Positions 46,719-56,900 are shown, numbered from the stretch's first letter. The stretch: 64,000 nucleotides of DNA from Candidatus Krumholzibacteriota bacterium (GCA_039714075.1 JBDLKA010000003.1:8789-72788); one strand, 5' to 3'. Made by a program: numbers and translations. The notes: generated from the sequence alone by a model not told the origin.

Positions 46719-48140
46719 TTAGAACTTAACCTGGACCGTATATTTAAGGACCGTTTCCCCGTCGGCGGGCACCGGCACGTCAAACGCCAGTTCCTGCGCG
46801 CTCACCTTCCGGTGGGGATGGGATTCCTCGACAACTTCCCAGAACCCTCCCACCGGCTCGCTAACTTCTACAACCACTGCGTCTTGGCGATGATTCCTGA
46901 TAGTGACCTCGAACGTGGTCCGGTAAAGATTGTCGGCCAGCTTCTGACTGTCGGTCCGGACTCTTTCGGCCACGATGTCGAAAGCGTTGCCCACCGTCAA
47001 ATCGATGGTCTCCTTGGTGGGCGTGTGGTCGATGCGGTCTTCGCCTAGCAGTTGCCGCGCCCCGGAGGACGACAGGCCGTAAACCCGGAACACGCCCGCG
47101 GGCAACGCCATCCCCAGCTTGTTATCCTTCGTGTTCTCGAAGCTGTAGCTGACGCTGACCTTCGATTTTTCAGCCAGGCGCCCGATGCCCCTGAAATGAT
47201 GGGGCCGGGCCCGCAGCCGGTAGTGTTTCGTAACCTTCAGACCCGACACGTCGAAAAGCGAAATCTGTTTGATCTGTTTGTCCAGCAGGTCCGTCGGCCG
47301 CTGCAGGGTGTACATGTGATAGTCGTAGAGGGTCTCTTCCTGGAAGCGCGCGCCCGCAGGGGTCGCCAGCGCCTTATCCATCGACATCATGGTGTCCATG
47401 GCGGGCCGGACCTGATTGATGTCCCCGGCCACCAGCAGCAGGTTGGCCTCCCGGTAGGAGGCCCCGGTCCGGTTTTCAACGGTGACCCAGGCCTGCAGAC
47501 CGGCCTTGGCACCCTTTTCATCCAGCTGCAGCACATAATCCGCATGCCAGGAAAATCCGCCCGTCAGGTAGGATGTCTCGACCTCCGCCGCGCCCCCCTT
47601 CGCCGCCTCGGCCAACCAGACCAGCGTGGGCCGCGCCCGCAGGTTTTCCGGCAGGTCCGACAGGGCCAGGCGACCCGGCATCTCGAAGACGATCTCCTCG
47701 TCCACCCGGTACACGGGACCGTTACTCATTCCCAGGAGGGTTCCGGTCCGGCGCGAACCGTCCTCCTGTATCCAGGACAACTGCCGGCCAACGTACTTCT
47801 GCAGGATCTTGTCGGGGGACATGAGATCGAATTCGTAATTCTGTTCGTGCAGTACGAGGCCCGTCTTTCCGGACGACGAGACCAGCAGGGTCACCGGATT
47901 GATGCGGGACGGCACGTCCCTGAATTCAAAGGAAAATTCACCCCGGGGAAGATCCACCCGCCTGATTTCGCGCACCAGGGCCAGGTCCCGGTTGTAGACC
48001 GTCACGTCGATGCTCGAGCGGTCACCTTGCCCCGAAGCCACCAGAGGCAACTCCCCCGCGGCCACGAAACCCGCCCCGCCCGTAAGCAGGGCACAGGTCA
48101 ACAAAAGGCATCCCAATAAGTTAAACGGCTTGGCCATCAT
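46719..48140 (-). CDS. DUF4139/DUF4140 domain secreted protein
   Basis: Signal peptide, VTVYNRDLALVRE.R, EQNYEFDL, YLTGGFSWHADY, YHMYTL, LPAGVFRVY, LLGEDRIDHTP. Confidence 0.88.
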   Translation of the reverse strand: MMAKPFNLLGCLLLTCALLTGGAGFVAAGELPLVASGQGDRSSIDVTVYNRDLALVREIRRVDLPRGEFSFEFRDVPSRINPVTLLVSSSGKTGLVLHEQNYEFDLMSPDKILQKYVGRQLSWIQEDGSRRTGTLLGMSNGPVYRVDEEIVFEMPGRLALSDLPENLRARPTLVWLAEAAKGGAAEVETSYLTGGFSWHADYVLQLDEKGAKAGLQAWVTVENRTGASYREANLLLVAGDINQVRPAMDTMMSMDKALATPAGARFQEETLYDYHMYTLQRPTDLLDKQIKQISLFDVSGLKVTKHYRLRARPHHFRGIGRLAEKSKVSVSYSFENTKDNKLGMALPAGVFRVYGLSSSGARQLLGEDRIDHTPTKETIDLTVGNAFDIVAERVRTDSQKLADNLYRTTFEVTIRNHRQDAVVVEVSEPVGGFWEVVEESHPHRKVSAQELAFDVPVPADGETVLKYTVQVKF

Positions 48141-48346
48141 GGCGAAAACCTCCGGTTGGGGACGAAAAAGCTGCGGCACACCGACAATTTCCCTGAAATA
48201 GGCCGTTACGGCCATTCAATCTAAAGTCAAAGACGGTTCGGACGATCATTCTGTTGACCCGGATGTTTCGGGTAAACAGAAAAAAATCACCAGGGTGCCG
48301 GAAATTTCAACCCGGCCACGACCTGTAATGTCACTTTTGGAGGTGC

Positions 48347-48727
48347 ATGTTGGGCCACACCATCCTCATCGCGGACGACGCCGAATTCATGCGGGACATG
48401 CTCCGCCAGATCATCGAGGACATGGGTTGGACCGTGGCTGGTGAAGCCGGTGACGGGACGGAGGCCATCACCCAATACCGGAAAATAAAACCCGACCTGC
48501 TGCTACTGGACATCACCATGCCCAACCTGGACGGCACCCAGGCCCTGAAGACCATTCTGGCGGACGACCCCCACGCCCAGATTGTCATGATCACGGCCCT
48601 CGGTCAGAAGGACCAGGTTCTCGACGCCATCAAGGCCGGCGCCAGGGATTTCATCATCAAGCCCTTCGATCATGACCGGGTCGCCGACACCCTCCACCGG
48701 ATCCTCGCCCCCAGTCCGGTTGCCTGA
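48347..48727 (+). CDS. Single-domain response regulator, CheY-like
   Basis: ILIADDAEFMRDML, LLDITMPNLDG, MITALGQ, GARDFIIKPF; GGAGG RBS. Confidence 0.92.
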   Translation: MLGHTILIADDAEFMRDMLRQIIEDMGWTVAGEAGDGTEAITQYRKIKPDLLLLDITMPNLDGTQALKTILADDPHAQIVMITALGQKDQVLDAIKAGARDFIIKPFDHDRVADTLHRILAPSPVA

Positions 48728-48735
48728 CGCCCTCT

Positions 48736-49539
48736 TTATCCGGACAGAATCACCAGCACCGCGACTCCCAGCAGCAGGCAGTAGATGCTGAATTTCCAGA
48801 AGTGGGCCTGCACCACGGCCAGGGCGGTCCACCGAATGGCCGCCAGTCCCACGCCGAAAGCGACCAGCCCCGCCAGGACCAGCCGGACCCATTCAGCCAT
48901 TCCATTTGAATTCCCGTCCATCAATTGCAGCGCCAGGGCGCCGCCCACCGCCGGGATGGAGAGCAGGAAACTGAACCGGGCGGCTTCGGCCCGTGGCAAC
49001 CCCGCCCACAGAGCCGCGGCAATGGTGGTCCCGGAGCGGCTGATTCCCGGCAGAATCGCGAAAACCTGGGCGAAGCCGATGAAAAAAGCGCGCCCGACAG
49101 AGGGCGCGCGGGGTTCCCAGGGATCCGCCAGGGGGTGGTCCGCGGCGGCAAAGCGTGTGGAAAAAAGGATCCCCGCGGTGAACACCAGGCCGCCGGCGGC
49201 AAACAGGGGGCTGTGAAAAAGGTCTTCGATCTGGGATCTGAACAAAAGCCCGACCACCACGGCCGGCAGGGTTCCGGCGGCCAGGCTCATCTGGTAGCGG
49301 CGGGCCTCCCGGTCGAAGGCCAACAGGCGCCGGACCTCGCGCCGGTAGACCACCAGAATGGAACCCAGGGTTCCGACATGGAGGATGATGTCGAAAAACA
49401 CATCCCCTTCCCGCGTTCCCAGGAAAGTCTGAAACAGGACCAGGTGCCCCGAACTGCTGACGGGCAGGAACTCGGTCAGCCCCTGGACGACCGCCAGCAG
49501 GATCATGTTCAGAAACTCAACCACCGTGGCAAACCTCAC
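48736..49539 (-). CDS. uppP: Undecaprenyl-diphosphate phosphatase
   Basis: VQGLTEFLPVSSSGHL, LHVGT, PGISRSGTT, ARFSFLLSIPA. Confidence 0.96.
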   Translation of the reverse strand: MRFATVVEFLNMILLAVVQGLTEFLPVSSSGHLVLFQTFLGTREGDVFFDIILHVGTLGSILVVYRREVRRLLAFDREARRYQMSLAAGTLPAVVVGLLFRSQIEDLFHSPLFAAGGLVFTAGILFSTRFAAADHPLADPWEPRAPSVGRAFFIGFAQVFAILPGISRSGTTIAAALWAGLPRAEAARFSFLLSIPAVGGALALQLMDGNSNGMAEWVRLVLAGLVAFGVGLAAIRWTALAVVQAHFWKFSIYCLLLGVAVLVILSG

Positions 49540-49592
49540 TGTCGTGCGACCCGCACCAGGGCCTCAAGTTACTTGGCTGACTGCGTATCGGC

Positions 49593-50468
49593 CTAGGGAT
49601 GACCGCCCGATTTGCGGGCTGCCCGGGCCTGACTGTAATGCAGTCGGGCCTCCTGAGGCATACCCAGGGCGTCACAGGTCAGGGCGATCTGGTAGTGGGT
49701 GCGGCCGTCCTCGGGGAAAAATTCCAGCGCGTTCTCGAGACTGGCCCGCGCTTCCTCGTATCGCTCCATCTTGTGGAGACAGGTCCCCCGGTAGTAGGGA
49801 ATGCGCGCCAGGCGGGAATCCAGTTTCCAGGCCAGGTCGAAGCGAAGGCAGGCATCCTGGTAGATACCGCTCTTCATCAGGCAAAGGGCCGCATAGTAAT
49901 GTCCCAGGGCAAAACCCGGATCACATTCAACACTCCGCTCGAAACAGTCCAGGGCCCGCACGAAATCCTCGCGGGCATAGTGGACAAGCCCCAGATTCTG
50001 GTAACCTTCGGCATCCTGCTCGAGGGCCAGGGCGGATTCGAAGGCCCGGATGGCCTCGTCGCTGCGCCCCTCCTCCGCATAAATGGCGCCCAGGTTGTGG
50101 AAGGCCACCGGACCGGCGCCCTCCTGATGGGTGGACTTCCGGTAGGCCCGAACGGCCTCGTCGCGGCGTCCCTGGCGGTCCAGACACACCCCGAGGTTTG
50201 TCAGGTAGGATGGGGTGCCCGGTTCGAGTTCCAGGGCCCTGCTGAAGCAATGCTCCGCCCGCTCGGGAAGGCCGAGTTTCATGAAAACGCAGCCCAGGCG
50301 GTAATGCCAGGGATGCTGGTCCGGCGAGGAGGCAAGGGCCATCTCGTAGGCCTGCCGTGCTTTCTCAAGCTCGCCGTCCATCTCGGCCTGACGCCCGGAC
50401 TTGAAAAGCCCGGCACTCGTCGGAGAAGCGTCATTGTGCGGTGTTGATTCCGGTGCTGGTTGACTCAT
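49593..50468 (-). CDS. Cytoplasmic all-TPR protein (about 7-8 repeats)
   Basis: Repeated YRLGCV, TNLGVC, HNLGAI, QNLGLV, YYRGTC units; no signal peptide. Confidence 0.88.
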   Translation of the reverse strand: MSQPAPESTPHNDASPTSAGLFKSGRQAEMDGELEKARQAYEMALASSPDQHPWHYRLGCVFMKLGLPERAEHCFSRALELEPGTPSYLTNLGVCLDRQGRRDEAVRAYRKSTHQEGAGPVAFHNLGAIYAEEGRSDEAIRAFESALALEQDAEGYQNLGLVHYAREDFVRALDCFERSVECDPGFALGHYYAALCLMKSGIYQDACLRFDLAWKLDSRLARIPYYRGTCLHKMERYEEARASLENALEFFPEDGRTHYQIALTCDALGMPQEARLHYSQARAARKSGGHP

Positions 50469-50540
50469 GCGGGGAATCTACCCCAGATAACACCCGGGGT
50501 CAACTTCGGGGATGATTCGGGGACGAGACTGAAGCCTCAC

Positions 50541-51389
50541 TCAAAAGGGGGAGTTGTCGTCGATTTCGACTTCCAGAAGGATATTGATCGGGCCTTCCCC
50601 GGTCAGCAACCGCCTGGGAATCTTGACGGGGACAACCACCGGCGGCCGCAATTCCTCGAAAATGGCGTCCGTCAAGGCCTTGGTGGACTCCCCTATTTCC
50701 GAACCGGGAATGGGTGGACCGTAGTCGATCCCCAAACCGCTCGCTTCGATCTTTTCGGCTTCAGGTGCGGATTTGCTCTCCGCCACAACGGGAGAGGGGA
50801 AACTTTTCCCCTTCGCGCCGGACCGGGGTTTCTGGTTGAGCTGATTGACCGTAAGACCCAGGATTGATTTCAGGGTTTCCCGGACGCCCTCGCCCTTGCC
50901 GGCATTGGCGGGAAAGGAAAGAAGTCCCCAGGGGTTGAGCAGGCTTTCCATGCGATCGACCGGAAGTATCTCCGCCTGGTCGCGGCCGTTGTACTGGATG
51001 ACGACCGGGACCTCGGTCAGGTCCAGTTCGAAGGATTCCAGGTAGCTTTTCAGGGACTCGAAAGCCGCCAGGCTCTGGTCCAGCTGTTCCAGCTTGGAAT
51101 CGATCACGAAAACGATTCCGTCGAAGGGAGCCTCATCGGGCATACCGGCGGCGTCGTGGCTTTCTTCGCCCGCGTCCACGGCCTGCACCCGAACCTGCCA
51201 GGTGCCGTCATCGCCCTGGTTGACCCGGAAAGCTATTTGACGCTCGGGATCCCCGCAGTCCTGCATCAGGACCTGCTCGGGCGGAATGGAGTGATGGATA
51301 AAGCGCAGATTGGCCCGCTTCCCCGAACCGGCGGGACCGTAGTAGAGCAGGCGGCAGGTCTTCTGCGAAGTCATCATTTCTTCAGCCAA
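50541..51389 (-). CDS. MglA-like small GTPase homolog with degenerate nucleotide-binding motifs and a C-terminal extension
   Basis: CRLLYYGPAGSGKRANL, FDGIVFVIDS, VPVVIQYNGRD, ANAGKGEGVRETLK match the MglA layout (KIVYYGPG..GKTTNL, DGVVFVADS, PYVIQYNKRD, A..G.GVFDTLK). Confidence 0.8.
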   Translation of the reverse strand: MAEEMMTSQKTCRLLYYGPAGSGKRANLRFIHHSIPPEQVLMQDCGDPERQIAFRVNQGDDGTWQVRVQAVDAGEESHDAAGMPDEAPFDGIVFVIDSKLEQLDQSLAAFESLKSYLESFELDLTEVPVVIQYNGRDQAEILPVDRMESLLNPWGLLSFPANAGKGEGVRETLKSILGLTVNQLNQKPRSGAKGKSFPSPVVAESKSAPEAEKIEASGLGIDYGPPIPGSEIGESTKALTDAIFEELRPPVVVPVKIPRRLLTGEGPINILLEVEIDDNSPF

Positions 51390-51637
51390 GGCGGTTTCCT
51401 TTGCATGTTTGCACCATGTGCGGATCTTTCCGCAGAGAGTCCATGTCCGGAATATGCAAGGCCTGTGCCACCAAACCCTGTCCCAAAACCCGGATTTTTG
51501 CCCAAATCCGCCATTTGGCTAAAGTAGGCAAGCAAATTGCATTACGATCGCGGACAGAGGGATGAATCACGCACGGTGGACCGTTTCGAGTTCCATCGGG
51601 GCATTTCAAGGAAAGATCCGCAACAGAAAGTGGCCAG

Positions 51638-52078
51638 ATGACCACCAACACCGACAAAATCCTGAAGACCATGTTCGGCCGCCTGCTTCAAATCGAGGTT
51701 GAGGAAGACATCATCAACAAGCTTTGTGCCGTCATCGACAGCGTGACCGACAGGGTCGGGGGAAATTTCGATTTGGACACCGTCCAGGGCCAGAACACTT
51801 TTCGCGCCCTCCTGTGTTCGATGGTGGTCCACGGCTGGGGCAACGGGATGCATCCGTACCACAATCCCGGAGCCAACCAGGACGGTCAAGCCGTCGAGGT
51901 CCGGGTGAGCAAGGATATCCTGATGTCCATGGAAGACCTCCAGTCTCTCCGTTACGTCAAGAAGGACAACCAGGGCCGGGTGAAACAGGCCCTGTTCGAG
52001 CCGGACCATAATGTGCGGGTCCGGCAGCAGATCGACGAGATCCTGGGTGAAATCAGCCGCAACAAGGGAAAAAGCTAA
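51638..52078 (+). CDS. Hypothetical protein
   Basis: 146-aa ORF with GC-rich third positions, divergent from the mglA-like gene and ending before a terminator; no recognisable family. Confidence 0.75.
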   Translation: MTTNTDKILKTMFGRLLQIEVEEDIINKLCAVIDSVTDRVGGNFDLDTVQGQNTFRALLCSMVVHGWGNGMHPYHNPGANQDGQAVEVRVSKDILMSMEDLQSLRYVKKDNQGRVKQALFEPDHNVRVRQQIDEILGEISRNKGKS

Positions 52079-52126
52079 CCCCTCTCGGAAAACGGCGACC
52101 GGGCGCTTCCCGACCATCGGCCCATG

Positions 52127-52172
52127 AGAAAAAGCGCGGCTCCGATAATTTCGGAGCCGCGCTTTCTTTTTT
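52127..52172. terminator. Bidirectional intrinsic terminator
   Basis: Perfect 15-bp stem AAAGCGCGGCTCCGA-taatt-TCGGAGCCGCGCTTT with A- and T-tracts. Confidence 0.85.
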
Positions 52173-52187
52173 GGTCGACCGGGGAGA

Positions 52188-52859
52188 TCAGAAGATGTTT
52201 TCCCCATCGGCCAGGATTTCGTTCAAGGCATCCCGGAAGTGGTTGTTGCTGTTGGCCACCTCGGGAGTCACCTTCTCCTTGTACAGTTCCCAGGACTTCT
52301 TGATTTCGGCGCCCAGGGCCTCCAGGAGGTTGCCGTCCGCCTTGGCCTGGTCGTAGAGATCACGGTTGTAGACCATGATGTCGGAAACCAGGGCACGGGC
52401 CAGCATTTCTTCCTTGCTGCGCCGGCGCCGGGAAGACCTTTCCACGGGACGATCCATCACCGCAACCTCGGCGGCCGGTTCGCCGGCATGGGCCGACGGC
52501 GCGGATGAAGCAGCTTGCGGTTCCACCGTCGCGGTGGCGGGACTGGTCACGGGTTCGTCTGCCGGCGGCGTTTCGCTGGCCACGGGCTCTTCGGCGACCG
52601 GCTCCTGGGCGACCGGGTCCTGGGCGACCGGCTCCTGGGCGACCGGGGTTTCGGCAGCGGCAGGTTGCGTGTACTCGTCATACCCCTCCTGAACCGCCAA
52701 GGGCTGGTCCTGGACTTCGGGGGTTTCTTTCTGGGCCTGGCTGCCGTCAAGGCTGAACACGCCGCCACAGGCAGGGCAACGGACCTTGATCATCCGCGGG
52801 GGAATTTTGGTAGCATCCAGCTGGTATCGAGCCTGACATTCGGTGCAGGTAGTGATCAT
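52188..52859 (-). CDS. MJ0042-type zinc-ribbon protein with acidic Pro-rich linker and RomX-like C-terminal domain
   Basis: MITTCTECQARY.L....I.....KVRCPACGGVF; (AQEPV)-type repeats; C-terminal LARALVSDIMVYN...GNLLEALGAEIKKSWELYKEKV...NHFRDALNEIL; AGGAGGAG RBS. Confidence 0.8.
   Translation of the reverse strand: MITTCTECQARYQLDATKIPPRMIKVRCPACGGVFSLDGSQAQKETPEVQDQPLAVQEGYDEYTQPAAAETPVAQEPVAQDPVAQEPVAEEPVASETPPADEPVTSPATATVEPQAASSAPSAHAGEPAAEVAVMDRPVERSSRRRRSKEEMLARALVSDIMVYNRDLYDQAKADGNLLEALGAEIKKSWELYKEKVTPEVANSNNHFRDALNEILADGENIF
52572..52650 (-). repeat. Coding 15-bp repeats (PVAQE/PVAQD/PVAEE) in the linker
   Basis: ggcgaccggctcctg / ggcgaccgggtcctg units. Confidence 0.75.
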
Positions 52860-52971
52860 TACCCCGCTCCTCCTAGAATTCCGGGAAAAACACAAATCCA
52901 ATCTGGATATTTCATCGGCAGCCGCTGCCGGCAATTTAGCACCGATTGCTGCTATTTTCCCGAATCCTGCT

Positions 52972-53928
52972 TCAGGGGTTGTAGATGAGGTCCATTACCA
53001 AACGTCCCACCTGGGCCAGACTCGCACCGGAACAGATAGCGGGCGTATCGGCGGTGGTGTGCCACTGGGGGAAGTCGAAATCGATCAGATCCACGGCCGG
53101 AATCCCCTGTTGCAGGAACGGCACGTGGTCGTCGAAGACCCCCGGCCCCCGTTCCGGCACGAAGGCCGCCAGGCCCAGTTTTTCCGCCCGCTCGAAGATG
53201 GCCGCCGTCCACGCCGGGGCGTTCACCATGGAGAAGCCTTCCATGGGGATCTGCAGGTTTTTCTCACCGACCATGTCCAGGATGACCACCCCCCGGGGGG
53301 TCCCGCGGGCAAGGGGATTGCCGAAATCCCGGCAGGTCTCCGCTAGGCGCCGGCTGCCCAGGCAGAACCCATCCGAACTTCCCGCGAGTCCCGAATCCTC
53401 GCCGTCCAGAAACATCAGGTCGACCCCCTGGGGCGGAGGGTTGTCGGCCAGGATTTCCATCAGGTGCAGGAGGACGGCGACCCCGCTGGCACCGTCATTG
53501 GCCCCGGCCAGCGGTGTGGACCGAAGTTCGGGATCATCATCGTGGTCGCTTATGGGCCGCGTGTCGTAGTGGGCGCCCAACCAGAGCCGCTGCCCCCCTG
53601 TCGGACCGGCGGAAACAACCACATTGCAAAGCCGGACAGCCTCACCCGACAACGGGTCGACGGCATCAAAACAGAGGGTGTTGACTTCCAGGCCGCCGCT
53701 GCGGGCCGTCTCCACGATCATTTCACGCAGCTGGCGGTTTCCCACCGACCCCGGAGTCCGGGGCCCCAGATCGCACTGGGCGATGAGCAGTTCCATGGCC
53801 CGGTCGCCGGAAAATTCCGCCGGCACCCCGCTCTCTTCACACAAGGACGCGGAATTCCCGAACAGCCCCAGCAGGCAGACGGCAACACAAAGGTGCCATC
53901 GGGATAAATTCAGCCCGCCGCCGGGCAT
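52972..53928 (-). CDS. M28-family peptidase / glutaminyl cyclase-like secreted protein
   Basis: Signal peptide, LGPRTPGS, LGAHYDTRP, GANDGASGVA, FLDGED.G, LDMVG, DDHVPF, WHT..D. Confidence 0.88.
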   Translation of the reverse strand: MPGGGLNLSRWHLCVAVCLLGLFGNSASLCEESGVPAEFSGDRAMELLIAQCDLGPRTPGSVGNRQLREMIVETARSGGLEVNTLCFDAVDPLSGEAVRLCNVVVSAGPTGGQRLWLGAHYDTRPISDHDDDPELRSTPLAGANDGASGVAVLLHLMEILADNPPPQGVDLMFLDGEDSGLAGSSDGFCLGSRRLAETCRDFGNPLARGTPRGVVILDMVGEKNLQIPMEGFSMVNAPAWTAAIFERAEKLGLAAFVPERGPGVFDDHVPFLQQGIPAVDLIDFDFPQWHTTADTPAICSGASLAQVGRLVMDLIYNP

Positions 53929-53941
53929 GTCACGCCGCAAG

Positions 53942-56900
53942 CTAGAAAACAAAGGTGGCCTCCAGTCCCAGCCCCAGGGTGGTGGTCGTCTGTCCCGAAG
54001 CGATGTTCTTGCTCTTGCTGAAAACAAACCGCACGGCTCCGCTGAGGTTCCTGGTAATCTGGTAGCTGAACCGCGGGTTCAGGCTGTACCTGTCCGTTCC
54101 GGTGGGCTTGGAAGCCCGGCCGCCCGGGTTTTCACGTTCCAGCCGGTCCTTTTGATAGGAAAGATCCACATCCATGGTAACGCTCTGACTACTGCCCGGC
54201 CGGTAGAGGCCCATTTTCGCCAGGAAGGTCTGGGCATTGAAGGAGTGACGCAACTGCAATCCCAACCTCATTTTATTATTGAGGGAGGTAACACCGTTGT
54301 TGATGGATTCGATGGTATTGAGATTGGCATTGAGGGTCGCCGTCATGCCGCTGTGGAAATTCAGGGTCCAGCGCGGAGTCAAGGAGCGCGTGACGTTGGG
54401 ATTGTAGGTACGATCGGTAATGTTGTTGACGGTCTTGCTGCGCTTGTAGCTGATGTTGAAGTTCGACGAACGGAACCAACCGGAATCCAGTTCATCCTTG
54501 TTGCCGCCGAATATCTTCCATTTTTCGATTCCCGACAGGGACAGCTGGGCATCCGGCCAGTCCTGTTTGTAGCTCCGGACCACCGACCCCACCTGGTCCC
54601 TCCGCGTGTGGCTGTCGCCGAATTTCACATCAAGGGCGATGTCCTTGGTCACCCGGGTATTGGAGGACAAGGTCAGATTCGTGCGGTGGTCCGTCGCATA
54701 GGAGGAAAAGAGCGTATCCGGAATGTCCAGTTCGTTCACCAACCCGGTTTGGTACCAGAACGGGGCCGTGTCCAGCAACCGGGCATAGGAACTCGAGTTC
54801 TGGTCCGTGTAAACGACCTTGATCGGCGTCGTGTTGCGCAGCGTGTTCAGCAAAGGCTTGAAGATCAGCAACGGATCCAGGCCACCCCCCTCGCCGGTAT
54901 CCTGGGGCTCTTCATCCTTGACCAGACCCAGATCCCTGTCCCTTTCCATCTGGGCTTCCGCCTCGGCCAACAAGCGTTCCTCATCCCGGCGCTGGATCTC
55001 CTCCGGTGTCAAATCCTCAAGGTCCTCAGGCCGTTCTCCAGAACCCGTCGGGGGTTTCCCGGCATCCGGCTGGTCCGGTGTCTGGACGGAATCTTCCTGC
55101 CGACCGGCCGCGCGTTGGTTCTGCCTTTCCAGGCTTCTCTGTTCCGAGATCATGCGGTCCCGCTCTGCCTGGGAATACTTCTTCTCCGGAATCAACGCCG
55201 TGAATGCTTCGCCTACGGGCACATCGAGACGGAACTCCCAGCGCCCCGAATTGCTGATGCTGCGGATGGAATCAGGATCACCCGGCTGGCGCTGGCCCGG
55301 GTCATGGGCGTCGGCAAAAGTCCCGTTGAACTGGATGCTGGGCCGTAATTTGGACAGACCCCTGACAGCCGTGCGCAAAGGAGCCATCAATGGCCCTTCG
55401 GGCAGGTCCTTGGCACGGGGAACCAAGACCGTCATGCGCAGGCCGTAGGACCGCCTGTTCTCCTGCCCGATATTGATGCCTCCAAGAATCTGCTCCCGCA
55501 GCAAGTCCCGGTCCGAGGCGGCCGTCACGCTCAGATCCAACAGGGATATTGGCTTGTAGTCGAAGCTGCCGGTCAGTTTCGCGGGACGTGTGCGACCCAC
55601 CGGCCGCGGGGTGACCACTCCGTTATCGTTGATGGTGACCGTCGAATTGTAGGTGCTGGTAAAACTCCCGGCGAACGCCAATTTGCTGGGCACGATGGAC
55701 AGCCCTTTGACGATGGGGATGTACTTCAGCAAGGGATAGTCACCGAGTTTGTAGTTCCCCGCAATTCTCAGATCGTAATTCAAGGCCCCCTGAAGACTCT
55801 TATCCCGGCGTCTTTCCAGAGGCCCGTCCAGGCTGCGGCGCGAGCCGCTGACCTGCAGCGACCAGGGGTCGACAAGATACCGGGGCAGGGCGCCCTTGGA
55901 AGGACCGTGGCTCAGCCGGGAGGAGAAACGTTCCTGGGTGTCGATGGTCGAAAGTGCGTTTTTGACATCTTCTTCGATGATTTCAATATCGCTGTGGGTT
56001 TCGTATTTGGGCCGGTTGATCGCCTGGCGACGGCTTCCGGTCAGAGGCAGCCGGAACCCCAACAGGGGGATGAAATCCTCCACCGCCAGGTTGGTCGCCA
56101 CGTTCCAGTCCTGGGCATCCACACCCGTCCCCGCCGTCGAGCTGAGTCCGTGAAACTCGTCGTCCGTATGTTTCCAGTCGAAATCGACCTTGATCACGTC
56201 GGCCATGTTCAGGCGCACACCGGCCCTCTGGGCCAGCCCCATGTCCCTCTTGACACCTTCGAGGAGGACGTCGTTGAGATAGAAATAGCCCGAGGCTTCC
56301 TGGCTCAGCCCGTTGTTCATGAACCCGAAATAGTACCGTTTGACCAGGCGCAGATCGGGCCGGCCGACCACGCGCACCCGGTACGCCTCTCCGCTGCGGC
56401 GGTCATGCACGGTGGAGTGGATATGACCGTTTTCGTCGATGGTCCCGTTCTTGGCGTTCGACAGTTCGGCGATGTTGATGTTCATGAAGTGCCAGCCGGT
56501 CTTGACGGCGGAATCGCTGAACCTGTGGGTCACCTCGTAGTAGTTGAGGGTGTCGGCGCCGACGCGGAAGAACAGGTCGAGGTCGGCGGTGGTGTGGCTG
56601 GGATTGTACCAGTACCAGGACAGGTCGCTGTAGCGGGTGTAGTCGTCGCCGCGGGCGGAAACCTGCTTGCTGGCCCGCACCATGTGCCCCTGCTCGATGT
56701 TCTGGAAATTCAGGACGAGGGCCTGCTCCTTTTCGGGAATGCTGTTTTCCTCGTGGACCGGGAAAGGCGAGCGGTAGTCCGGGTTCTCCTTGTTGTTCAC
56801 CTCCCCGAGGAAATACTCCTCCCCCGGCAACAGTTCGGCCGGCGTGAGAAGTTTTTCGCCGTCGGTCCGGCGGATCCCCTCCCGCTCCCAGCGGCTGCCC

